NCBI GenBank assembly: GCA_022791685.1
Contig: JAAVZO010000042.1
Span: 13,479 to 77,478 of the forward strand
Length of the DNA stretch: 64,000 bases
Source of the DNA: Clostridiales bacterium
Lineage (GTDB): Bacteria > Bacillota > Clostridia > Oscillospirales > CAG-272
Direction of reading: 5' to 3'
The first letter of the stretch is position 1. The number at the start of each line of letters is the position of its first letter. This document shows positions 1-9,200 of the stretch, piece after piece. The notes beneath the pieces are model-generated. The model was given only the letters and a program-made list of their open reading frames with translations, made no database searches and was not told the origin of the DNA. The position numbers and the translations under genes were made by a program.

Positions 1-1163
1 TCACATGGATCCGCTTCCTGCGTGAAATGCCGTCAGTACCGATATTCTTCGCATCCATAGTGCGCGACAAGCTCGATATCGTCGACACAAACGATGAAAA
101 TCAGTTTATCGACTTCTTATCCGCTGGAGCGCTTGTCGGCGTTCAGGAAGCGTCCGGTTCGTTCCAGCGCTTCAATCGCGAAATGTGCGAAACATTTATC
201 GGCACGCTCGACGACGTATGCGCAAAATTCAAGACATTTGCGAAAGCAGCCCATGTCCGTGCACAGCTTCGCAGTACGAATTTAGGTCTGCTCGCCTGCT
301 ACAACGAAGCAATGTGGGCAACCTACGTTGACCCTTACAACATCTTCAAAAAAATCGGACCTGAGATACATTTTCTCAGCATACAGGAGCTCACCGGGGA
401 AATTGAAAACACGCCGCAGGGCCTTGTGGACGAGCTCACCGACAGCATTGCACAGATCTACAGAATGATGCCCAACGTCGATTACGAAAAGTTCAAAGCC
501 TCTGTACGTGCATCCTACGCAATGGAACAAATTGCAAAACAGACAGACATTGACCTGCTTGTACTAAACGATATTGATACAGTGCTGTTCAAATACGTCG
601 GACTGCGCCCGGGCTTCACTCCCACAAGCAAGGATTCTCAAATGGTGACCGTACCCGAGGGAGATATCGGCGGCGGACTTGCTACCTACATACTCCAGCT
701 GCTCGCCGGAAGCAATGCCAACTTCATCGAGCCCTTCTACATTGACCACGCAAACGGCGGCTTCGTAGCCGGACACGCCGGACCTAACGACTACCGCGAA
801 GCACCTGAAAATGTAGTAATTGCCCGCGATGAGCGTTTCGCAAAGACCGCATGGAAATACGCGGGCGCACCGTTTGCATGGTATGTATTCCCCACCGGCA
901 TGAAGACAATGCTTCACATGAGCGAGAAGGACGGTGTAATGAAGATGGTTTGCACTGTAGTAGAGTGCCTGCCAACCAAGCACTACCTTGCAAGCTACTC
1001 TCATGCAAATTTCCGTCATCCGACCCTCTCCCCTGAGGAGCTGTTCAACAAAATCCTGCCCAACGGTGTAACCCAGCACTACGGAATCGTTGCCGGTGAT
1101 GTAACCGCCGAGCTCGAATATGTAGCAAAGCTGTGCGGCTTTGAGTTTGTGTGCATAAAATAA
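1..1163 (+). CDS. Sugar isomerase of the L-fucose/L-arabinose isomerase family, C-terminal part (5' end outside window)
   Basis: The frame is open from base 3 to the stop at 1161-1163, so the listed Met at 27 is probably internal. From memory, the translation resembles central/C-terminal domains of FucI/AraA-like isomerases. It sits in a sugar-catabolic neighbourhood. Confidence 0.55.
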   Translation, partial: TWIRFLREMPSVPIFFASIVRDKLDIVDTNDENQFIDFLSAGALVGVQEASGSFQRFNREMCETFIGTLDDVCAKFKTFAKAAHVRAQLRSTNLGLLACYNEAMWATYVDPYNIFKKIGPEIHFLSIQELTGEIENTPQGLVDELTDSIAQIYRMMPNVDYEKFKASVRASYAMEQIAKQTDIDLLVLNDIDTVLFKYVGLRPGFTPTSKDSQMVTVPEGDIGGGLATYILQLLAGSNANFIEPFYIDHANGGFVAGHAGPNDYREAPENVVIARDERFAKTAWKYAGAPFAWYVFPTGMKTMLHMSEKDGVMKMVCTVVECLPTKHYLASYSHANFRHPTLSPEELFNKILPNGVTQHYGIVAGDVTAELEYVAKLCGFEFVCIK

Positions 1164-1202
1164 TCTATCATTTCGTAAAAAATTTAAGGAGACATATATT
1201 CA

Positions 1203-3017
1203 ATGAGTTTCATGTTCAATCCCTACCCGTTTGACGATCCGGCGGCTGTCAATCACATAACTGCGCCAGATGTCGATCTTTCCACGATAAAAACCTGTCC
1301 CGACTGCATTAAGTCTGAAATTACCAAGGCTGCAAAGCAGCTCGGCCGCGGTATTATCGCTGTTGACGGTTACGTTACTGCACCGTTCGATACGTTTGCA
1401 AAACTCGTAAGTGAAGCTGTCGCCGACGCTGGAATAAAGGCGAATGTCGTATGTACTCGCTCGCTTGCACGTCCATCCGACGAACTCAAGCAGGAATTAG
1501 CTGAATACCTTCCCGAAGATAAGGCGAAAGACCCAGTACTGCTCTACGGTAAAATCTACGACAAGGGCTATCGCGGTCTTATGGACGCTGGCAAAGTCTC
1601 TGCTATGCTCGACGCAGCAAAGGCTTTCGATGGGATTACTGTAATCGTCGGAAATGGCGCGCTTGCGCCTGACATTATCGGCTCGGCAGATTACAAGATA
1701 TTTGCCGATATCACTCCGAAAATGGCAGTTCTAAACGTCAAAAAGGGTGGTTACAGGAACTACGGCTGCGACGAAGAGCTCCCATTCAAAATTGCTATGC
1801 GCCGCAACTACTATGTAGATTTCGACCAGAGCTTCAATCTGAGAAAGAGCCTGCTCGAAACTGGCAATCTCGACCTTTACATCGCTGCTGACAAGCCTGA
1901 AGCGCTCATCGCTATGCCCTACGACACGATGAAGAAGCTTCTTTCTCGTGCAACCGACTATCCATTCCGCTGTAAGCCTGTATATCTTGAAGGCGTATGG
2001 GGCGGCTATATGACAATGAAGGAACGCAATCTTCCTAAAGAAATGAAGAACGCCGCATGGATATTCGACCTTATTCCTATGGAAGTTTCGATAGTACTCG
2101 AGGTCGGCGGACTCAACCTCGAATTCCCATATTACACTCTCATAGGTACTAACGAAAAGAAGCTGCTCGGTGAACAGTGCCTTAAGGATTTCAATGGCTT
2201 CTTCCCTATTCGATTCAATTTCGACGACACCTTCCACTCGAACGGCAATATGTCGATCCAGCTTCACCCGGGCGAAAAGTTTCTGAAAGAGAATTCCAAT
2301 GAGCTTGGTCGTCAGGACGAGAGCTACTACATAATAGCAACCGCTCAGGATGCAAAGACCTACCTTGGCTTCAAGCAGGACGCTGATATTGATCAGTTCC
2401 TCTCTGATATCAAGCGCTCAGAAACAGCGCACACCGAGGTTGATTATCAGAAATACATCAACGCTGTTGAATCAAAGCCCGGCGTACAGGTAATGATTCC
2501 TCACGGCACTATACACGCTTCCGGACGCAATCAGCTTATACTTGAAATCGGAAGCCTTACTGTAGGCTCGTACACCTACAAAATGTACGACTACCTGAGA
2601 AAAGACCTCGACGGCAATCCGCGCCCAATACACAGCTATTATGGTGAAATGAACCTAAACCGTGATATGCGTGAGGATTATGTATACGATAACCTCGTAA
2701 ACGGAAATAAGCGCACACTTCGTTCGGGCGATGGCTGGGAGGAATACGTAGTCGGCGAATGCGACCGTCTGTATTTCTCACTGCGCAATGAAAAGTTCGT
2801 AGAGAAAATTGAAGATAATACGAACGATGACTTCCATGTACTGACACTTGTTGACGGTGAAGAGGTTGAAATCCGTTCTAAGAAGGATCCGAGTCTTTCA
2901 TTCACTCAGAAATTCCTCGATATCGTTGTTGTTCCCGCGTCTATGGGCGAATATGAGATAATCAACAAAAAGCCTGGAACTGTCGTAGTTGAGCATAAGA
3001 CTATGCTTAAGAGATAA
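1203..3017 (+). CDS. Type I phosphomannose-isomerase-like cupin protein with a long N-terminal extension (604 aa)
   Basis: AAGGAGA RBS upstream of the ATG. The central segment FHSNGNMSIQLHPGE...QDESYYII...HGTIHASG resembles the metal-binding cupin motifs of class I mannose-6-phosphate isomerases. The N-terminal ~250 aa are unassigned. Confidence 0.5.
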   Translation: MSFMFNPYPFDDPAAVNHITAPDVDLSTIKTCPDCIKSEITKAAKQLGRGIIAVDGYVTAPFDTFAKLVSEAVADAGIKANVVCTRSLARPSDELKQELAEYLPEDKAKDPVLLYGKIYDKGYRGLMDAGKVSAMLDAAKAFDGITVIVGNGALAPDIIGSADYKIFADITPKMAVLNVKKGGYRNYGCDEELPFKIAMRRNYYVDFDQSFNLRKSLLETGNLDLYIAADKPEALIAMPYDTMKKLLSRATDYPFRCKPVYLEGVWGGYMTMKERNLPKEMKNAAWIFDLIPMEVSIVLEVGGLNLEFPYYTLIGTNEKKLLGEQCLKDFNGFFPIRFNFDDTFHSNGNMSIQLHPGEKFLKENSNELGRQDESYYIIATAQDAKTYLGFKQDADIDQFLSDIKRSETAHTEVDYQKYINAVESKPGVQVMIPHGTIHASGRNQLILEIGSLTVGSYTYKMYDYLRKDLDGNPRPIHSYYGEMNLNRDMREDYVYDNLVNGNKRTLRSGDGWEEYVVGECDRLYFSLRNEKFVEKIEDNTNDDFHVLTLVDGEEVEIRSKKDPSLSFTQKFLDIVVVPASMGEYEIINKKPGTVVVEHKTMLKR

Positions 3018-3040
3018 GTAAACTGGATTATTTGGCACAA

Positions 3041-3075
3041 CGCGCCGCCGAGAACGGCGGCGCGCATTTATTTTC
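3041..3075 (+). terminator. Rho-independent terminator after the PMI-like gene
   Basis: Perfect GC-rich stem cgcgccgccg / cggcggcgcg (3041-3050 / 3055-3064) with loop agaa, followed by catttatttt. Confidence 0.75.
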
Positions 3076-3107
3076 GCTGATAAAATAAAAAGGGTGGTTA
3101 TAGACGC

Positions 3108-4007
3108 ATGAAAAAATATGTTATTGCTATTGACGCAGGCGGAACATTCTTCAAATCGGCTATAGTATCGAGTGAAGCTGAGATTCTCGACGGCTCTATG
3201 CTGACTGTACCAGCAAATAATGATGCTTCACCTGACATAGTCCGTGAAGGCTACCGCTATACGCTGACTGAACAGCTGAAAACAGCAAAATCTAACGGTA
3301 TTGAGATATCCGCAGTTGCAATCGACACACCGGGTCCATTTGATTATGAGGGTGGATTCAGTATGATGGAGCATAAATTCAAAGCTATATACAAGATTCC
3401 GCTTCGCCTATGGATAGAGGAGATAGCAGGAAAGCTTCCGATTACGTTTATCCATGACTCAGCAGCTTTTCTGAGCGGAGAGATGTGGCATTCGCCATAT
3501 GTTGATTCGAACGGTCGCGAATACAAGAATGCCGCAGGAGTTATGATAGGTACAGGACTTGGATTCGCCACAATGAAGGATGGTAAGGTTCTGCGCAAAC
3601 CGGACGGCTCTCCGCTGTACAGTATTTGGGCACAGACGTATGGGGACAAAATTGCAGAAGACTACATTTCCGGACGTGGAATTGCCGCACGCTACACAAA
3701 AGCTGAAAAAACTGCAAAGGAAATTGAAGAGCTTGCAAAGTCAGGTGACGAGGAAGCGCTCAAGGTATACGCCGACACCGGACGCATACTCGCCGAGGTA
3801 ACAGCGCCATATCTTGAGCTTATAGGTGCAGAGATATTGGTGCTCGGCGGTCAAATAAGCCGTGGACTCCCGCTCTTTGAAAAAGAGCTCACAGCCGGTT
3901 TGCAAAACGTAAAGACACTCAAACGGATAACCAGATCTGAGCGGCTTGAGATTTCACATATGCTCGGAGCAGCTAACGACTGCTTTAATAAATGTAAACT
4001 TTTTTAA
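3108..4007 (+). CDS. ROK-family sugar kinase
   Basis: N-terminal ATP-binding motif IAIDAGGTFFKSA and central GTGLGFA. The ~300 aa length is typical of ROK kinases lacking the HTH. Confidence 0.75.
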   Translation: MKKYVIAIDAGGTFFKSAIVSSEAEILDGSMLTVPANNDASPDIVREGYRYTLTEQLKTAKSNGIEISAVAIDTPGPFDYEGGFSMMEHKFKAIYKIPLRLWIEEIAGKLPITFIHDSAAFLSGEMWHSPYVDSNGREYKNAAGVMIGTGLGFATMKDGKVLRKPDGSPLYSIWAQTYGDKIAEDYISGRGIAARYTKAEKTAKEIEELAKSGDEEALKVYADTGRILAEVTAPYLELIGAEILVLGGQISRGLPLFEKELTAGLQNVKTLKRITRSERLEISHMLGAANDCFNKCKLF

Positions 4008-4129
4008 TTCGCGATAAAAGTTTCAAAAAGCGGTAAAAAAAACTTGAAATTTAATTTTATATGGTGTATAATATTATGGAACAATGGAACAGCATACAAG
4101 GCTGTTCCTGAAATTATATAAAATAGGAG

Positions 4130-4993
4130 TTGTTAAAACTGCGCTGTTATCTTAATATTAAAGAAAGCTATGAACGCCTTTCTATCAGCGAAAAGCGCAT
4201 AGCAAAATACATCATTGATAATCCAAATGAAGTCGTAAAAATGCCTATCAGCGACCTTGCCGATAAGTGTCAGACAAGTAAGCCTACCGTCGTGCGTCTC
4301 TGCAAGACGCTTGGCTACAGCGGCTACAAGGAGCTTTGTATGTACCTCAACGCCGATATCATGCTGAGTGAAAACGGCGAGATGAGCTACAAGGATATCA
4401 ATCCGAACGACAATTCGCCCGAAATCGTTTCCAAAGTTACCGAAAATAATATCAAGGCAATTCAGAATACCGTCGAGATCATGGACTACGCTGAACTCAA
4501 TCGTGCAGTAGAGCTGCTTGTTAAAGCGAGACGAATCGACTTCTACGGTGTCGGAAATTCCGGATTCGTAGCGCTTGACGCACAAAACAAGTTTCTGCGT
4601 ATAAGTAAACTCGCCACCGCACAGATCGACCCGCATTTGCAGATACTTACTGCGTCCAATATGTCAGCAGATGACGTTGCAGTGTTTATCTCTTATACCG
4701 GCGAAACACGCGATATACTTGAGACGATGGATATAGTAAAATCGACCGGAGCGTCAACAATAAGCATTACAAAGCTCGGCAAAAATTCACTTTCGCAGAT
4801 GTGCGATGTCAATCTTTTCATGGTATCCGACGAAAGCTTCATCCGCAGCGGTGCAATGAGCTCGCGAATCGGTCAGCTCTGCATAGTTGATATACTGTTC
4901 TCGATAGTAACAAGTAGACTTTACAATGACATCAAACCATATCTCGATCGTTCGATGACCGCGTCGAAGAAAAAGAAAACGCTTAAAGTTTAA
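4130..4993 (+). CDS. RpiR/MurR-family transcriptional regulator (HTH + SIS domain)
   Basis: N-terminal LSISEKRIAKYIIDNPNEVVKMPISDLADKCQTSKPTVVRLCKTLGYSGYKE HTH, followed by an SIS domain (DFYGVGNSG). The start is uncertain because the TTG at 4130 abuts the AGGAG at 4125-4129. Confidence 0.85.
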   Translation: MLKLRCYLNIKESYERLSISEKRIAKYIIDNPNEVVKMPISDLADKCQTSKPTVVRLCKTLGYSGYKELCMYLNADIMLSENGEMSYKDINPNDNSPEIVSKVTENNIKAIQNTVEIMDYAELNRAVELLVKARRIDFYGVGNSGFVALDAQNKFLRISKLATAQIDPHLQILTASNMSADDVAVFISYTGETRDILETMDIVKSTGASTISITKLGKNSLSQMCDVNLFMVSDESFIRSGAMSSRIGQLCIVDILFSIVTSRLYNDIKPYLDRSMTASKKKKTLKV

Positions 4994-5003
4994 ATAAAAT
5001 AAC

Positions 5004-5041
5004 CCGACTGATACTTATGATCCGTATCAGTCGGTATTTTA
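5004..5041 (+). terminator. Rho-independent terminator after the RpiR gene
   Basis: Stem ccgactgatac / gtatcagtcgg (5004-5014 / 5024-5034) followed by tatttta. Confidence 0.75.
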
Positions 5042-5066
5042 TCGTCATTCGTCATTGAAGCTGGGC

Positions 5067-5090
5067 GAATAAATTCTGATTATTTATTCA
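5067..5090. promoter_or_regulatory. Possible ArgR/AhrC operator (ARG-box-like palindromes) upstream of the carA promoter
   Basis: GAATAAATTC (5067-5076) is directly followed by TGATTATTTATTCA (5077-5090). The latter resembles the ARG-box consensus TGAATwwwwATTCA with one mismatch and lies just upstream of the -35. Confidence 0.25.
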
Positions 5091-5099
5091 TTTTTTGCA

Positions 5100-5129
5100 T
5101 TGACATATACATACAAAATGTGATATAAT
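5100..5129 (+). promoter_or_regulatory. Sigma-70-type promoter of carA/carB
   Basis: TTGACA (5100-5105), 18-nt spacer, TATAAT (5124-5129). It lies ~40 nt upstream of the carA ATG, which has a GGAGG RBS. Confidence 0.6.
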
Positions 5130-5166
5130 ATTAAGAACGCAAAGATACATTTATGGAGGTATAAAT

Positions 5167-6249
5167 ATGCAGACTAAACCCGCTTACCTGATACTTGCAA
5201 ACGGCATGGTATTTGGCGGTCAGTCATTCGGATATATGGCGGACGCTACTGGTGAAATTGTTTTCACAACCGCTATGACCGGCTATCTCGAAACCCTTAC
5301 CGACCCGAGCTATTTCGGTCAGATAGTCATTCAGACGTTTCCTCTTATTGGTAATTACGGTGTAATCACACCAGATTTTGAAAGCAGCAAGCCAGCTCTT
5401 TCAGCCTATATTGTCAGAGACTTATGTCAAGAGCCTTCCAATTTTAGAAGTGAAGGTGCTCTTGACGTTTTTTTGAGAGATAACCATATTGTAGGTCTTG
5501 CCGATATTGATACACGTAAACTTACAAGAATTGTGCGTGAAGTCGGTGTCATGAACGCTAAGATAACACACACTCTTCCAGAAGACCTTACAGAAACTCT
5601 CGCTGAACTAAATAAATTTACGATCAAAAACGCAGTTGAAAGCGTAACCTGTAAAGAACCCGAAACATTCACGCCCGAAAGCAAGAAGCGCCGCGTCGTT
5701 TTGTGGGACTTCGGTGCAAAGGCAAACATCCGCCGTGAGCTTGTAAACCGTGGCTGCGAGGTCATCGTAATGCCCGCACATTCGACAGCAGAGGATATCC
5801 TCGCGCAAAATCCCGATGGAATCATGCTTTCGAACGGTCCCGGCGACCCGTCCGCAAATACCGGAGTTATCGCTGAGCTGAAGAAGCTCATGGAGCACAA
5901 GCTGCCGACATTCGGAATCTGCCTTGGTCACCAGCTGCTCGCACTTTCTCAGGGCGCTAAGACTGAGAAGCTGAAATACGGTCACCGCGGAGCAAATCAG
6001 CCGGCAATACGTATGTCAGACAAGCGCGTATTCATCACCAGCCAGAACCACGGCTATGCCGTTATCGGCGATTCGCTGCCTTCCACCGCTGAAGTCAGCT
6101 ACATAAACGGAAACGACGGCACCTGCGAAGGTGTTGATTATAAGGATATGCCGGCATTCACCGTGCAGTTCCACCCCGAAGCATCCGCCGGTCCGCTCGA
6201 TACACAGTTCCTGTTCGACAGATTTATAAATTTGATGGAGGTAAACTAA
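5167..6249 (+). CDS. carA: Carbamoyl-phosphate synthase small (glutamine amidotransferase) subunit
   Basis: Class I GATase active site GICLGHQLL and the HPE motif (FTVQFHPEAS). The N-terminal CPSase small-chain domain is present. The stop lies 1 nt before the carB ATG. Confidence 0.95.
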   Translation: MQTKPAYLILANGMVFGGQSFGYMADATGEIVFTTAMTGYLETLTDPSYFGQIVIQTFPLIGNYGVITPDFESSKPALSAYIVRDLCQEPSNFRSEGALDVFLRDNHIVGLADIDTRKLTRIVREVGVMNAKITHTLPEDLTETLAELNKFTIKNAVESVTCKEPETFTPESKKRRVVLWDFGAKANIRRELVNRGCEVIVMPAHSTAEDILAQNPDGIMLSNGPGDPSANTGVIAELKKLMEHKLPTFGICLGHQLLALSQGAKTEKLKYGHRGANQPAIRMSDKRVFITSQNHGYAVIGDSLPSTAEVSYINGNDGTCEGVDYKDMPAFTVQFHPEASAGPLDTQFLFDRFINLMEVN

Positions 6250-6250
6250 T

Positions 6251-9200
6251 ATGCCGCTTAATAAAGAGCTGAAAAAGGTAATGGTCATCGGCTCAGGTCC
6301 TATCGTCATCGGTCAGGCAGCCGAATTTGACTATGCAGGCACTCAGGCGTGCCGCGCACTCAAAGAGGACGGGCTCGAGGTAGTGCTCGTCAACTCCAAT
6401 CCTGCGACGATAATGACCGATAATGCAATGGCAGATGAAGTATATATCGAGCCGCTGACACTCCCGACCATCAAACGTATAATCGAAAAAGAGCGCCCAG
6501 ACAGCCTGCTGTCAACGCTCGGCGGTCAGACAGGTCTTACCCTCTCAATGCAGCTTGCAAAGGAAGGCTTCCTTGACAAGATGGGAGTTAAGCTGCTTGG
6601 CGCTAACCCTGAAACTATAGATAAAGCCGAGGACCGCCAGTCTTTCAAGGACACCATGCTCAAAATCGGTCAGCCGGTCATTCCGTCTACCGTTGTAAAC
6701 GACCTTGAATCCGCGCTCGCCTTCGCTCACACCAACGGCTACCCGCTCATCATCCGTCCGGCATTCACGCTCGGAGGTTCAGGCGGAGGTATCGCTCAGA
6801 ATGAAGATGAGTTCATTGAGATCACCAACAACGGTCTGCGCCTGTCGCCTATCAATCAGGTATTGGTCGAGAAATGTATCGCAGGCTGGAAGGAAATCGA
6901 ATTTGAGGTAATGCGCGACAGCGCCGGAAACGTCATCACTATCTGCTCGATGGAAAACCTCGACCCAGTCGGTGTTCACACCGGAGACAGTATAGTAATC
7001 GCGCCTGCTGTTACCCTCTCTGATAAAGAATATCAAATGCTTCGCTCGGCTGCATTGTCGATAATCGACGAGCTGAAAATAGAGGGCGGCTGTAACTGTC
7101 AGTTCGCACTCCACCCAGAGAGCATGGAATATGCCGTAATTGAGGTAAATCCGCGTGTATCGCGTTCATCCGCACTCGCATCGAAGGCTACCGGATACCC
7201 GATCGCAAAGGTCGCAGCAAAGATCGCTATTGGTTACACGCTTCCTGAGATACTCAACGCCGTAACAAAGAAAACCTACGCTTGCTTCGAGCCGACACTC
7301 GACTATGTAGTCGTAAAGTTCCCGAAGTGGCCGTTCGATAAATTCGTATATGCAAAGCGCACACTCGGTACGCAGATGAAGGCTACCGGTGAAGTCATGG
7401 CTATCGGCACAACCTTCGAACAGGCTATCATGAAGGCTGTTCGCGGCGTAGAGATCGGTATGTCGAGCCTGTCGCATAAGAAATATCGCGGACTTTCTGA
7501 CGATGAGATCGCTGAGCGTCTGTATAATATCGACGACGAGCGTATATTCATAGTCTATGAGGCGCTCAAGCGCGGAACTACAATTGAAAAGATTCACGAG
7601 ATCACAATGATCGACGAGTGGTTCTTATCGAAGCTGATGAACCTCATAAAGCTCGAGAACGAGCTCAAGACCGAGCCGCTCACTAATGACTTATATCTCA
7701 AGGCTAAGAAGCTCGGATACCCGGATAACGTAATTGAAGAGCTCATTGGTGAAAAGCTGCCGGCTGGTATGCACCGCAGAGCTGTTTATAAGATGGTTGA
7801 CACCTGCGCTGCTGAGTTCTCCGCTGAAACTCCCTACTTCTACTCCACCTATGACGATGAAAATGAAGCCGCTGAGTTCATCGACGAGCACAGACCGGCT
7901 GACAAGAAGACCGTTATCGTATTCGGTGCGGGTCCTATCCGTATCGGTCAGGGTATCGAGTTCGACTATGCGTCAGTACACTGCGTATGGTCGCTGAAAA
8001 AAGCCGGATATGACGTTGTTATCGTAAACAACAACCCTGAGACTGTATCGACCGACTTCGACACTGCCGACCGACTCTATTTCGAGCCGCTGACTAACGA
8101 GGACGTAATGAACATAATCGAGACCGAAAAGCCCTACGGTGTCGTAGTCGCATTCGGTGGTCAGACTGCAATAAAGCTGACTAAGTTCATGTCCGAAAAC
8201 GGAGTCAACATTTTAGGTACAAGCGCAGATTCGATAGACGCTGCTGAGGACCGCGAGCGTTTCGACGCGCTGCTCGAAATGCACCACATCGAGCGTCCAG
8301 AGGGCTTTACTGTAATGACCACAGAGGAAGCACTTGAGATCGCAAATCGTATCGGTTATCCGGTACTTATGCGTCCGTCATACGTGCTTGGCGGTCAGAA
8401 TATGATAATCGCCTTCACCGACGACGACATCAAGGAATACATGGCGATAATCCTGTCGCACAACATCGAAAATCCGGTACTTATCGATAAATACCTGATG
8501 GGTATCGAGCTTGAAGTAGACGCTATCTGCGACGGTGAAGATATACTTATCGCCGGCATTATGGAACACGTTGAGCGCACTGGTATTCACTCTGGCGACT
8601 CGATTGCTGTATACCCCGCATGGAACATCAACGACAAGCTGCGCCGTGATATAATCGAATGCACAAAGAACCTCTCTGTATCACTGAAGATAATGGGACT
8701 TGTAAATATCCAGTACCTTATCTATAAAGAACAGCTTTACGTAATCGAGGTAAATCCGCGCTCGTCGCGTACTATCCCTTACATCAGTAAGGTTACCGGC
8801 GTTCCGATGGTCGACCTTGCTACCCGCGCAATGCTCGGTGAAAAGTTAAAGGATATGGGCTTCGGCACTGGACTTTATAAGACTTCCCCGTATGTCGCAG
8901 TCAAGGTTCCTGTATTCTCGTTCGAAAAGCTCATGAACGTCGATACTCACCTTGGACCAGAAATGAAATCCACTGGTGAAGTACTCGGACTCGCAAGTAC
9001 CCGTGAAGAGGCGCTTTACAAGGGACTTGTAGCTGCCGGATATACTCTGAAAAAGCATGGCGGCGTATTTATCACCGTCCGTGACAGCGATAAATCAGAA
9101 ATCGGCGAGACTGCTAAACGTTACTACGACCTCGGCTTTGAGCTCTACGCAACCCGCGGAACTGCAAAGATCATCGAGGATTACGGCATGAAGGTAAAGG

